Positions 24,143-36,502 of a stretch of 64,000 nucleotides of DNA are shown in pieces; the first letter of the stretch is position 1, and the number at the start of each line of letters is the position of its first letter. The stretch is taken from positions 234,578 through 298,577 of the forward strand of contig JBNGIO010006191.1 in assembly GCA_049999805.1 (NCBI GenBank). The letters are read 5' to 3'. The translations under genes and the position numbers were made by a program. The DNA is from Folioceros fuciformis (Eukaryota). A model generated the notes under the pieces. The model was given only the letters and a program-made list of their open reading frames with translations, did no database searches and was not told where the DNA came from.

Positions 24143-27100
24143 TCAAGCCCCGTAATCCCCTCTTGCAAAATTTTCTTCAGGGTAGTACACTGCAACCACA
24201 GAGTTCCCTCCGAATTTGCGCCCGTTCAGCATGCTCCTTGCTTTTGCCGCTTCTACTATTTCAGTGTACTCAACAAACACCTGCGGGTTTGCACACAAAA
24301 TACTCACGAGTTAAAAGTTAGGAATATTGAAATGGAGCGTCTGTTGCACGTCGCACGGGTGCCAGCGTTTTGTGCAGTACCTTTCCAACTCCAGGGACAT
24401 CTTCACCCGTCCTGGGCCGAGGTATGACTAGGTTAACAATATTCCCTGGTGACACAACACCACCACGAGCACCATCCAACAAGTAGTTAGCTCAACACAG
24501 CAAACAGAATTGAAACGAAAACACACATAAACACCGATCGCTACCATATTTCCCACACTCTTCCTTCATGTCCTCCAAGATCTCCTCATACTCCTCATCT
24601 TCTCTCAACTCATCAGCAGTTACGACCTGGGCCAACACGAAAATCTCAGTACTTTTCTCCCATACACCGCCGTACTGGGAATGTGCTAAATTTCACAACA
24701 ACATTCTTCACCTGAGTTAAGCACACCACTTTCGTAGCATTTTCAGAAATAGGTGACAGACCATTGCCCATGCCTGCCACCATACCAGGCATTAAACCAG
24801 GCATCCCTGGCATAAGCCCAGGCAAGTTCCCTAGCGGGAGGGCATTTGCTCCACTAGCCTGTAACGCAAGCTTCTGCGGCACAGGATACGAAATAAGAAT
24901 AAAGCTGTACTCAGACCACTGGCTGGTGCTTGCACTAGCTGAATGCTGACCTGCAAGGCAATGCAAGCACCAGATTGATGATTACCTGCAAAGCAATTTG
25001 TTGCTGGGCTTGCGCCAACACGTTCGCTTGATCAGGCTTCGGCTGTCCACTGCTGACATCCAATCACTTTCAGAGCTCAGCCAGAACATAACATGCAAGG
25101 CATCATGACAACCGAAACCTGACACCTACAGCAACCTAGACAACTTATGGCCCCATTCGAAGACACCCATAATAATGCAAAAGACATGCATGACTACATG
25201 TGCAAGTGTTTGCTGTGACCAGTATACCCAAACCAAACAACGTTGCGCTCACGTCCTCCGGCACCTTCAAGAGCTACCGGCAGGTTCTCCAATAACTATG
25301 TTGACCTACTAAGACTGGACCCTGACTTGCATACACATGTGTGAGTTGACATATGCCAACCTCGCAGTGGCACGGCGGACTGTCAAAGTCTTGTCATCCA
25401 TTTTCATGCCATTAAGCGTTGCACAGGCTATGTCCACAACTGAAGGATCCTGCACATTAAGCATGCAAATCACAAGCAGACAGGGAGTAAGATCAAAGCA
25501 TAACCCCACCTGGCTGTCGCCCGACGCACGGTTAAGGTCTTATCACCCATTTTCAAACCATTAAGCGCAGCACAGGCAACATCTGTTACGGACGTCTCCT
25601 GCATGTTTTATCGCAGTTGGGACAGATCCCAAATATAGGTTAGTGCAGTTAAGTTAGAACACAGAGTATCCCTTCAGTCCTAGACACAGTTAACACAGCT
25701 GCTGCTGTGGGAAGCTCCTGTACTACATGGAAATCCAGCAGTCACAATAATGTGACAACGGCTGTTGCCAGCAACCTCAGCCGCCGTCAAGCACCTGATC
25801 AGCTCTTGTTGTATCTATTCATACGCACAAATCCCACATCACACAGGGAAAGCAAGTTGCTACAGTACCTGGTAGACACAAAATCCGTAACCCTTTGAAT
25901 TTCCAGTGTCCCGATCTTTGACAAGGTCGAAACCTCGCAACGGGCTGCAAACAAGAAGGTTATCTATAGTAAGCAACGCAAAAAGTACTTATCCCCTCGC
26001 CTTCTAAACCACTGAACTCAGCCAACGACCTTGTTCCAAAGTCAACTCACCCAAAAGATTCCAACAACTCCTTAATCTGAATCTCCGTTAAATAATATGG
26101 CAGCCCTCCCACAAATATTCGATCTGGGCCATCTGCTCCCCCCGCCGCGCTGCTACAAGAAGTGATAGAATACTTGGGAGCAGGTTAGTAGGCACATACA
26201 GTTCACTGCCGCCATCAGCAAATAACCAGACTACACCTTACTGGAATTCTAATTAAACATGAGAATTGAAATGTACTCACCCAGGTGTCAGGCCGACAGC
26301 AGCAAGATTCAGATGTGCACTGGGCTGACTGGGCCCAAGAGTAGCTGCCATCGATGGATTGTAGTCACTTGGCCTCCTTACCCTCACAGACACCCCCTGT
26401 CCAAAGGGCAAGAACATCTGAGGATGAGAAGGAGCAAGCATGCTGGAAACAATGCTGAAAAAGCCATCAGAGTAACCACCTCAAATATGATGCCATCCAG
26501 AGCCATTGCATTACTTGCTTCTTCTACAGTTCGCATCTCAACAAATGCAAACTTCTTTTCTTGATTGATATATACATTTACCACAGCATCCCCTAAGGCC
26601 AATGCAAGTAGTCAATTTAGGAGAAGAGTCAAGAGGGCAAGTCACACTGAAATACACGGGATCAAAACCACAAACGAGGCTCAACAATTTTGAAGATACC
26701 TGGTCCAGCAGTGTTCCCACCAACAGCCGCCATGACCTGACTGAAAAATGTTGCAATAGTCTGAACAGACAAAGAATCAGCTCGGAGTAGAAGTGACCAT
26801 CGTAACACAGAGTGGAAAAGCTGAAAAGCAATTATGCAAGCTGTAGGTTTTCCTGAAAACGCACCTGCTCGTTTGCCATCGGTGGCAAGCCACCCACATA
26901 AACTCTTCGCGCATGTCTTGTGGCCTACATGACACAGGGTACTCAGTCCGTGTCACATACTATCGATGCAGTTAAGCAGCTGGAGACAATCAAACGACAA
27001 GCCCACCTGCTGCGTCATTGCCTGCGCAGGCATCGCTGGCATTCCCCCAAACTGCAATGTGGTTTCCATCACAACTTTTAAAGCAGCACGGGAAACTCTT

Positions 27101-29153
27101 TTGAAAGCAGGATAAATATAAAACAGTGGCAGCTAATGCAGCTCACAGCAGCCTACGCAAGGGCGAGCGAATAATGCAGCCCCATGTGCAACAGAAACTT
27201 GAGATTCTAAACACTAATTAACTAAGTAGGAGGATACCTGAGTTCCACCGAAAGAAAACATTCCTGGAAACACTCCAGCCATCGGTTGAGACATCCCTGG
27301 TATCTGGCCTGCATTACGACAAGTCCCAATTTAACATACACTTAAGATCCGTTACCATAGATTCTCAGACGCAATACAAATCATTACCAAGAGGTGACAG
27401 GTTGCTGCCGGGATTCATAGCTGCAGTTTGAAGCATCCCTGCTTGCATATTTATCAATGAACCTCAGGAACTTAACTGTCAGCTGACATTCTATATGCAC
27501 AGCACTTTTTGTTCAAAAGCGCTATATAGCGGGTGAAGATAAATATCCACCAACTAATGTGTTTCAGTCCCTCGTTGTACATACAAGCCATTGGATGCAC
27601 GCTCGTGGTTGGGGACAGAAGGCCATTGGGCTCCTGATGCCTTCCGCCCACAAAGCATACAAAGACAACCACAAACGACAACAAACCAGAAAAAGACAAA
27701 CAAACAAGCAAACAGTCTCCTCAGTGCTAGTCCAAATCAAGGACGATAGACCAATCAAGCTAAATTGAACAACTTGAAGTGCTATCTACAATTATGAACA
27801 GGATTCCTCCACATATACTAAAAGCCTATCCACTCCAACACTGACCTTGATAGCCACCATGCATGTGGTAAACCCTAAAGACTAGCGAATTCTGTTCCAA
27901 CTAAAGACATAGGGATAAATTGAAGGAGGATATGATATAAAACGGACCTGGAATAGCAGCTCCTGGAACGACTGTTGCACCTGGTGGAGCCATATCAAAG
28001 CCACTAGTCCTCTTGCTGCAACAGATTGAGAACTTGAGTGAGAATTACAAGCAAAGTGGAAAATTCACCATGGCGACGTCCAGCCTACAACAGACAAGAC
28101 GTACCTTCTCCTATCCCGGGACGGTGACCTCGATCGCGAACGAGACCGGGAGAAGTCACGAGGAGACCGGGATCGGTGTCGGTGTCGCCTGTCTCTCTCT
28201 CGATCATATTCTCGGCTCCGCCTGTAGTACAAAGCGAACACTTCTCAAAACAGGATCCATAAAGAAAAACATCCAAGATGGCCAGGAAAAAGTTGAAAAA
28301 CTTCATGCACACAAAGGTTGTTACATAGAAAAATCAGCTGGTAGATCACCTTTCCCGATCATGACTTCTGTGTCTGTCCGTCCGATGATCCCTTTCAATT
28401 CTGTCACCCCTGTCTCCCCTATCCCGATCTCTGTCATCTCTGTGCCTACGATCCCGCTCTCTTTCCCGGTCCTTATCTCTGCTTTTCTCCCGCTCTCTGT
28501 CCGGCTCACGAGAGGATCGCTGATGATTAAATAAAAAGTCAGCAAAACAACAGCATGCGTCCAAACCAAATACTGTGATACTCACTGCTCCTTAACCGTT
28601 CTTCTTCAAAACTAAGCACAGAAAGGAACAACGGCAAACACAGAAAACCCAATCAGATTCTACCGAGGCGTTGCTTGAGTGCCATTCGCTCAAAATCAAT
28701 GCAAAACTTGAACAAGCAAAACACGGTTCAGCGGAGTGAATCGCAACAAGCAGCCCCACTCCGCACCAAGCGGATGCAAGACTAGAAAGCTAGGTCGCCA
28801 ACCAGCATTAGCGATGACGCCCTTGGCCTAGATCAACCCTAAAGTGCAAAACGACCTAGCAAGCAAGGGTTGTGGGAGATTTCGAGCAACCCGGATGCAC
28901 GACGGAAGCCCAGGCTGCAAATCGCAATGAGGTGCAAAGAGAAGGAGCGAGAAGCGGCAAGCAGCACAGACGGACATCAAACCGGCCACCCTAACACTGA
29001 AAATCTTGGCTATACCTCCCGCTCCCGACCTCCGTTCTCACGCTCCGCGTGCAGCTCGTAAGCCGGCATAGCCCCGTATTCTCCATGGCCGCCCCTAGGG
29101 CCGGGCGAGTTCCCGTCCTCATACTGGCCGCCTCCATCCTCGTGGCCAGCCAT
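24143..29153 (-). CDS. U2AF65: Splicing factor U2AF large subunit (RS domain, RRM1, RRM2, UHM), multi-exon
   Basis: RD/RS-rich N-terminus, TSGFDMAPP, ATRHARRVYVGGLPP, KKFAFVEMRTVEEASNAMALDGI, DRIFVGGLPYY, GYGFCVYQ, ATKVVCLTQ, YEEILEDMKEECGKYG, NGRKFGGNSVVAVYYPEENF...*. Confidence 0.96.
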
Positions 29154-29518
29154 CGCTAACAGCCTCGCCGTGGCTGCGTGTTTCGTCGGACTTAGCCAAG
29201 ATGTGTCGAGAGTGCTGCACAAGAGCAGGATAAACCCTCCCTCGAGGGACACCAAGGGCTCGTACAGAGAGTTTATACAACACAAGCCAAGCTTGGCTTG
29301 GTTTCCGGTTTGATTTATCATTCAGCAAAACTTTATTACCAACCTGGGTAGCCAGCTATCTAGGGCTTCGTCCCTAAAACTGGAACGTTCCCCTTTCCAG
29401 GGAAAGGATGGACTATCTAACCGAGAGAAGGAAAACGGGGGGAGATTAGGTACAATCTCAGCCGAGCTAGCTGCAGTGCAGAGTGCAGATGCGAAAAGGC
29501 ACCGACATCCCCTCAATG

Positions 29519-30876
29519 TTAATCCGCGTCTTCGCAGTCTTCAGTTTCAGGAACTGCTTGCAGAGGTCCATCTTCTGATTGATACGAAAAGGTGCTGTCG
29601 ATCATACGAACCTGAGGTTCCATGGTGTTGATCATGTTCCAGTCCTCGTCGGATAAGGACCAGTTGAGGACATCGAAGTTGGATGCAATTCGGTCGGGTC
29701 TGAGACTGCGAGGTAGCACACTGGTTCCTCGTTGTACCCCCCAACGCAAGATCACCTGCCCACAGGTAGAGGACAGACGTGTCAAAGAGTGGTGGGGAGC
29801 ATGAAGCAGCGTTTCTTCGGTTAAAGGCATGAGCAGTTTGCAAAGACGGGATCTCCTACCTGAGCAGGAGTCCTTTTTAAACGGTCTGCGACCTCAGCAA
29901 CAACGGAAGTCCGAAGCATGGGTGCATGTACAGAGCAGGATCGGGAGAAGGTGATGGCGTTAGAAGAGGAAGGCTCAGGCTCATCTTCTCCAGACATGTA
30001 GCCGGCGGTAGTCTCCAGATTGCTGCCAGGAATTCCAAGGGGAGTGTGAGCCGAAACATGGATGCCCTGTGACTGGCAGTAGTCGATCAATTCGTCCTGC
30101 CTCCAATACGGATGCAACTCAACCTGCCACGGTCAGGCAAAGACATCCCATGAGCAATAAGCTGACTCACAGCAGGCGAGGCGAGGCGAGGCGAGCCATT
30201 ACGACGGCAAGGGTGGTGATGATAACTCCAACACATGAATCGGACCATGTCATCCAGACGATGCAGGAAAAATTAAAATTAAAACGTTTGTTAGAAGAAT
30301 GCGCACCTGATTCACTGCCGGAACCACGTTTGCAACGCTAAGTATCTCTTCCACTTGAGAGATGGAGAAGTTGCTGAGTCCGATAGCCCTGGCCACCCCC
30401 TTCTCCACCAAACCCTCCATGGCAAGCCAAGTTTCCTCCAGCCGCCGAGACGGTTTGATCATCAACTCCCCTCCCGCCTTCCTGCTAGGAGGATCCGTGG
30501 CATCCCCTATGGACGGCAGGACCGGCCAGTGCAGCAGGTAGAGGTCCAAGTACTCGAGCCCTAGATTCTTGAGAGAAATCTTGACAGAGTCTTCGACTCT
30601 TTTAGGTGCATTGGTGGTGCACCAGAGCTTGGAGGTGACGAACACTTCCTCCCGCCGCAGCTTGGGCTTGGGGCCAGAGAAGGCATCACGAAGGGCCTGG
30701 CCGACCTCCACCTCGTTCCCATACAGATGCGCGCAATCCACATGCCGGTAGCCGACATCCAAGGCCGTGGCCACAGCAGCCCTGCAAGAGGCACCGTCAG
30801 CCTGCCAGGTCCCCAGTCCCACAGCTGGAATTAAGGCTCCCGTGTTGAGCACAAAGTAATCCTTGTCCCGATCCAT
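29519..30876 (-). CDS. Aldo-keto reductase (AKR4-like), 3 exons
   Basis: [83 protein letters not shown]. Catalytic D-Y-K-H tetrad present. Confidence 0.93.
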
Positions 30877-31595
30877 GGCCCTCCCTCCCGCAACGGCCCA
30901 CCCCAATCCAATGCGATAAATAAATAAAATGTGGCGCAGTTGCTGCTGCTCGCGACCGATGGCACCTTCCCGTTGTTGTTGCTGCAGCTGGTCCCCGCAT
31001 CCGCACGGGCTGCTCCTGCTCCTACTGCTGCTCGCTCACTCCGCGTCCGATGTAGGGTTAGCGATCACAGCACGCGTGTGTGTTGCTGCCTGCACCATTT
31101 TCCATTTTCCAAGATCTCGCCTCCCCCAACCTCCGCATACAGTGTGGGCAGGCAGGCACGGCTCCCACGCTGCTCCCGGCACACAGCGCCTGGTGAAAAG
31201 GGCAAGGCAAGGCCAGGCAAGGCAAGTCTTGGAAGCCGAAGTAGGCTTGTGTGGTTTTGCGGTAGGCAGGAGGGAAGCAAGGGCTGGTAACGATGCAATT
31301 GCGCCTATGTTACTCACTGCAGTTTGCAGCTGCCCCTGCCGCGGCCGCTGTGACTCCAGCTGCAGGCGACGGGAGAAGAAAGTGGGCCAGCAGCCGGGCT
31401 AAGCCGACATTTGCTGGGAACCTTCTCCGGCATGGCCGTTGATCATGGAAATTCGGGTGGCGCAGGGTCCCAGAGCTTCGCATCCGACAGCAACACGCGC
31501 ACACCACTGCGCTGCATTTGCGTTTAACCGCCGCCATCTGGACCCATCTGCTATTTTAGACCCCCCCTTCTCCCACCGATGGCTTGGGTTCCCCG

Positions 31596-31673
31596 CGGAT
31601 GGGATGGGATGGGATGGGATGGGATGGGATGGGATGGGATGGGATGGGATGGGATGGGATGGGATGGGATGGG
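31596..31673. repeat. (GGGAT)n microsatellite, about 15 units
   Basis: Direct reading of the sequence. Confidence 0.97.
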
Positions 31674-31974
31674 CCTGACTCGGTACCTACGTACAAAGCA
31701 TGCATGCCAAACGTACACATCGTCAGCCGTTGCTTCCAGCACATCAATTTTGCTCTAATGTGAGCTCTCCTGCACCGTTGTTTCCTTTGACACATACATA
31801 CGATGATTGCCAAACCTTGTTTATTTGTCATTTGTTAGTATTAGGAGTAGAGGTGGATCATTTTGCTGTAACCACACGGATGTGGTTGGGCAGTAGATTC
31901 CACAATTTGAAATGTGGGGTTGGGCAGTAGATTCCACAATTTGAAATGTGGCTTAGGGAATAGACGAGCCTTTG

Positions 31975-32641
31975 GTGAAGAAAGTAGAGCAGTTTCTTGA
32001 ACATGGAATTCAAAGCAACCTTCATTGAGAAAGTACAGCGGCTTCTAGCACATGAAATTCAAAGGCACTTTCATTCAAATGCACATTCATTCAGAAAGTA
32101 GAGTGGCTTCTAGCACATGGAATTCAAATGCACCTTCGTTGAGAAAGTAGAGCGGCTTCTNNNNNNNNNNTTGAGAAAGTAGAGCGGCTTCTACCACATG
32201 GAATTCAAATGCACCTTTGTTCAGAAAGTAGAGCAGCTTCCAGTACATGGAATTCGAATGCACCTTTGTTCAAAAAGTAGAGCAGCTTCTACCACATGGA
32301 ATTCAAAAGCACCTTTGTCACCTTTTGTCAAAACAGTGATAAACAATCAACCACGTTGCCTAGAGAAACCGTTCCACAACAATCTCTGATCGACTTCTAG
32401 CATATGGAATTCNNNNNNNNNNTGTCACCTTTTGTCAAAGCAGTGATAAACAATCAACCACGTTGCCTAGAGAAACCGTTCCATAGTAATCTCTAAGCCA
32501 AAGCATACTCCAATCTCACACCCGTCGACTATATGCATCGCCAAAGATCAGCATGCTCCAAGCTCTCTGGAGCATACTTCGATCTCACAACAACAAACCA
32601 TATGCGCGCCACATAAGATCATATGTTCCAAGCCAAAATAT
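31975..32641. repeat. Dispersed minisatellite-containing repeat, copy 2 (two N gaps)
   Basis: Same 49-bp unit (starts at 32174 and 32223) and same distal block as 19588-20300, in the same orientation. Confidence 0.85.
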
Positions 32642-32859
32642 TCTCTAGTCTTGATGCGGCTAACCCTATTGATGCAACCAACTATAAGCATCACAGAAGA
32701 TCCAAGGCAAACTGCGGCCAACCATGAAGATCATCAAGACTACACCAATGAACTTACTTTGCAAATAAAAAATTTATAGCTGTTTTGCATGCGTTACGCA
32801 AAGAACCCCATAATCGGACGGTCCATTTTAGCATGATCATCGCCCATGCACGTGATTGG

Positions 32860-33145
32860 GAAATGAGTATGGTAGAACTTTGAACAAACTTTGGAACCTT
32901 GTCCTCCTACCCTAGACGAAGACTAGTTACACGCAAGTGGTTTAATTGAATGTTGATTGTAATTTGTGGGCAATCTAATCTGCCAAGGGCACAGTTTCTT
33001 AGTTTAGATAGCTGGAGTTCTCTCTACTCTAGGCTTGTTTCAAGATTTTGCTGTCATTCCATAATTCAGCAAGTTGTCCGCTAATCTAGAGCATGAGGAT
33101 TGGCGCCTTACACAACGTATAGTCCGTTACCTGAAGGGTACGATG
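32860..33145 (+). mobile_element. Ty1/copia reverse-transcriptase remnant
   Basis: NKLWNLVLLP (copia N-TW-LV-LP motif) near 32883, and HEDWRLTQRIVRYLKGT (copia KRILRYLKGT motif) at ~33092-33142. Most of the RT is deleted. Confidence 0.55.
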
Positions 33146-36100
33146 GGAGCAGCAGGAGATTGCGAGACAGCACACTGCAGATCAACAGCTAACTGTTCAC
33201 GATCCCCGGGGCTACGCATGTATCGTGCCAGCTTACTCTTGCGTCCAGGAGTAATTGCCTTTCCTAGATCCACACGAAACAAACAGGTGTTACACGCTCC
33301 GGACTGAGGGAAAGTACAGGTTGCTGTGTACCAAAGCACGCATGAAACCTGCTATCCACCCCGGACTCGTTGCTTTAGAGTCGCTCCCAGGTTCGGTAAG
33401 AAGTTTCCAGCTGTTGTACGTATGCATACTCCCAATCAGGACAGCCTAGCCAGTCGCATTGCCACACTGGACTGTGCAGGACCACGCCAGCCCTGTCACG
33501 GTATCCCTCCAATCGTGTGCTGATTTTCTTTGATCCTGAAAGAAATGGGAGGAAAAGAGTTCCAGAGGCGGAACACGAGCAGCGGAATGGGCCGACGCTG
33601 ATCCCGTACACCATATCGATCTTGTATTCGAATAGCGGACTCTGGATCTGTCTGTCTTCAAGACAAGCATGCGCAGCCGAAATGGCAGATGAGAAGGCGA
33701 CCACATGCCGAGCGCCATCGATTTCATTCCAGCCACGGTAGAAGCTGCGCCGCGTGCTCATCTTCACGGCATGTGGAAGACTCTGGTCTGCACGATGCGC
33801 TCAGCATTTGGTAGCACAGAGCCTTCTTAATGTGTACAGGCCGTGAGGCAGAAATTGCTGTCTGGTGGCTTGTGTTTAGCAGACGGTGGAGATGCAATAC
33901 CAGAAGGTGGATTACGGGAGACAACCGGTGTCTTCCCACACCAGGGTCTCTCGTCGTGATACTCCTCCCTCGTACACCCGAGTGACCGGGAGCACCTCCC
34001 CGCATTCCTCCCGGCTCATGGGAGCACAAGCCAACAAAACCAGGAGAAGGCCGTCGCAACACAAACCCGGCATCTGACTGGATCAGGGCTGAATTTGGAA
34101 AAGCTGAAAATGCCCTCACAACGTACAGCGAATCCACAAGGAGAAATACCTGCTGATCTCTCAGTAGCAGGTGGGAGCCCTTGCTTGATGGGGGATTGAA
34201 TCAGGAACTTCTGCCCAGGATGGGCTAGAGGACCAGAGCACCTGAAGGACTGAAGGCGGCAAGACGAAAAATCCCAGGCCGGGCCCCGGCATTCATGGCC
34301 TCTTGCCAATTATTCCAGCCATCTGTCCACACAGCCACAACATTGTTCTTCACTCAGTTCTCACCACCTCGAGAGCGTCATTGCTGTTCGCTTCGGAGAC
34401 CGGAGGCGTTATTTCCATCCTCCCCTAAGCTTGTAAATTCCTTACAAAACATCGTAGCATATCCCAGACATGTCTTAATAAACCCGATACCCGAGATCCT
34501 CGTGGTTCACGCAATGGAAGCGTGAGCACTACTGGTGGAAGTGCTACCTACCCGGAGTGCAAACCTCCTCACTCTGACGCCGAATCTTACAACCGGGGAA
34601 ATGGGGAAATGGCCCTTCCTGCCCGCTCGGTGTACCTCGTGGCTAATACAGTCTATTTGGTGTCACAGTCTTCACCACATCACGAGCTCACCCACCCCCA
34701 TACGTATGTGTGCACATGTCGTAGACTCGTCGAAATAGTTCCTAACAATCCATACTATAGCTGGTCACCAGTTGCCAATTTCCAACATCCAGCACTCTGC
34801 AACCAGCTAGATGGACAAGATTGAGTCCCCGCAGACACACAAACGCATCTCGCGTCCAAACGGGTACCTACTGTGCAAGGACACATCAGATCATATGGAA
34901 CCGAACACCGAGATCACTCACACATCTGCAGACACAAACAATAGACCAGTAAGGTCGAGCACCATTCAAACAGAACCTTTGCAAAAAGCCAGGAACGACC
35001 TTTATTCCACAACTTCTCATGTGCCAAGTGACCAAGCCAAAAGTACCTCGCCAGAGGATCGTCTGAACCAAGCGGTCTACATAAAAGGAGCTGGCCATGG
35101 TCATTCGCTACCGCCAGGAAGCATGGATATAGCATGGATATACAAGCCAGAGCCCAGGATGTCACACGAAGCAGGTGATGAGCCTCATCCAGCCCTGGTC
35201 CGACATGGAGAACAACGCCAGCCAGATATTATGTACACGACAGGAATTGTTGTGACTCATCCTGTTGCAAGCCAGCGAGAACGCTGGTTGAGAAGCTGGC
35301 TGGCCATCACTGTCCCAGCATGCCAGCCCTTGCAAGATACCTCAGGAAGCGTGTGACAATCTGACGTCATGCCTGACGGTCGTTATGATTCAACAAACAT
35401 CAAACCATGATAGTTCCAGTCTCCAGCCCACCGGTGTCGATTCCAAAAGTACTCCACTGAGCAAACCACATCCGTAAGCCTTGCAACTGTCCCCCAGACA
35501 GCTAGGGTGGAAATGGCGACATCCTCCGCACCGTCCTCAAATCTAGAATGTGCCATCACAGCGTCGTTTCACACAAGCTAAACCTTGCCTGCACAAGTCC
35601 ACGACAACTTCAATGATACAATCCATTCGCGTTGCCGCGCCCCATACACACCTTTGTCCTTCCAAAGCAGCTCCCTCATTTGCAAGCCGACCATCTCCCT
35701 GCATCCCGTCCCCATACCCCTCCTCGCGAGGAGAAGCAACCGGACGTGAAAGGATATATGTAGTGCTGTATAAATAGGAGTGTAGCGTCCCTACATACTT
35801 AAACGAGGCACAGGTTTAGATGACATGCTTCGACGAAACCCAACCTTGGTGACCGGAAGAAGAGAGCTTTCCACACATGTAGGGAGGAAGACTGACTTCA
35901 TATTGTGGCAGGCGTCCGGAACGGGACTCCGGAGCGTAGGAGGCCTTGATCACTCGGACGCAGCGGGCGGCTTCATTAAACGCCCTGTTCAGCCAGTTGC
36001 GAGCACGGAGCTTGCTCTTCCGGAATCGAACCCTCCTATTCCTGCGCTCACGCGGGCCGCTTCTGCCCTCCCATCGCTCCGTTCTGGATGCGCTGCCTGC

Positions 36101-36502
36101 GCAATTGGGGATTGTGCTTCGGTCGCGGCAATGCCGCCTGGTCCCTGATATTTGCCCTATCCTTCGTTGCAACAAAATTTTGACCCCGACCCAGTTGCGA
36201 GACCAGGGGCACCAGTCCAGGAAGCTGATTAGGGAAAGGATGTTGTGAAGCTGGGAGGGAAGCTGGCAGAGCAGGAAAGCAGGGAGGGGAAGCAGGAAGC
36301 ATGCCGCTGCTTCTTGCAGATTGTCGATGCATCTTGGTGTAATGTAACTGGTTTCTTTCGAGCAGTTGCGGGCGCCGAGTGAGCGAGGCTATTTTTTTTG
36401 TTTGTTGTTGTTCGGCAACGGAACTGGTCTGGTGCTGTTATCAGGTCAGCAGGGCAGAGGTGGTGGTCGTGGAAGGTGTCTTTCCGGACACCACCCTCAT
36501 CC

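Noticed and set aside
33300-35500. Multiple 100-180 aa ORFs between the copia remnant and the VIM-like gene
   Set aside because: No recognisable motifs or consistent splice structure; probably decayed TE or intergenic DNA.
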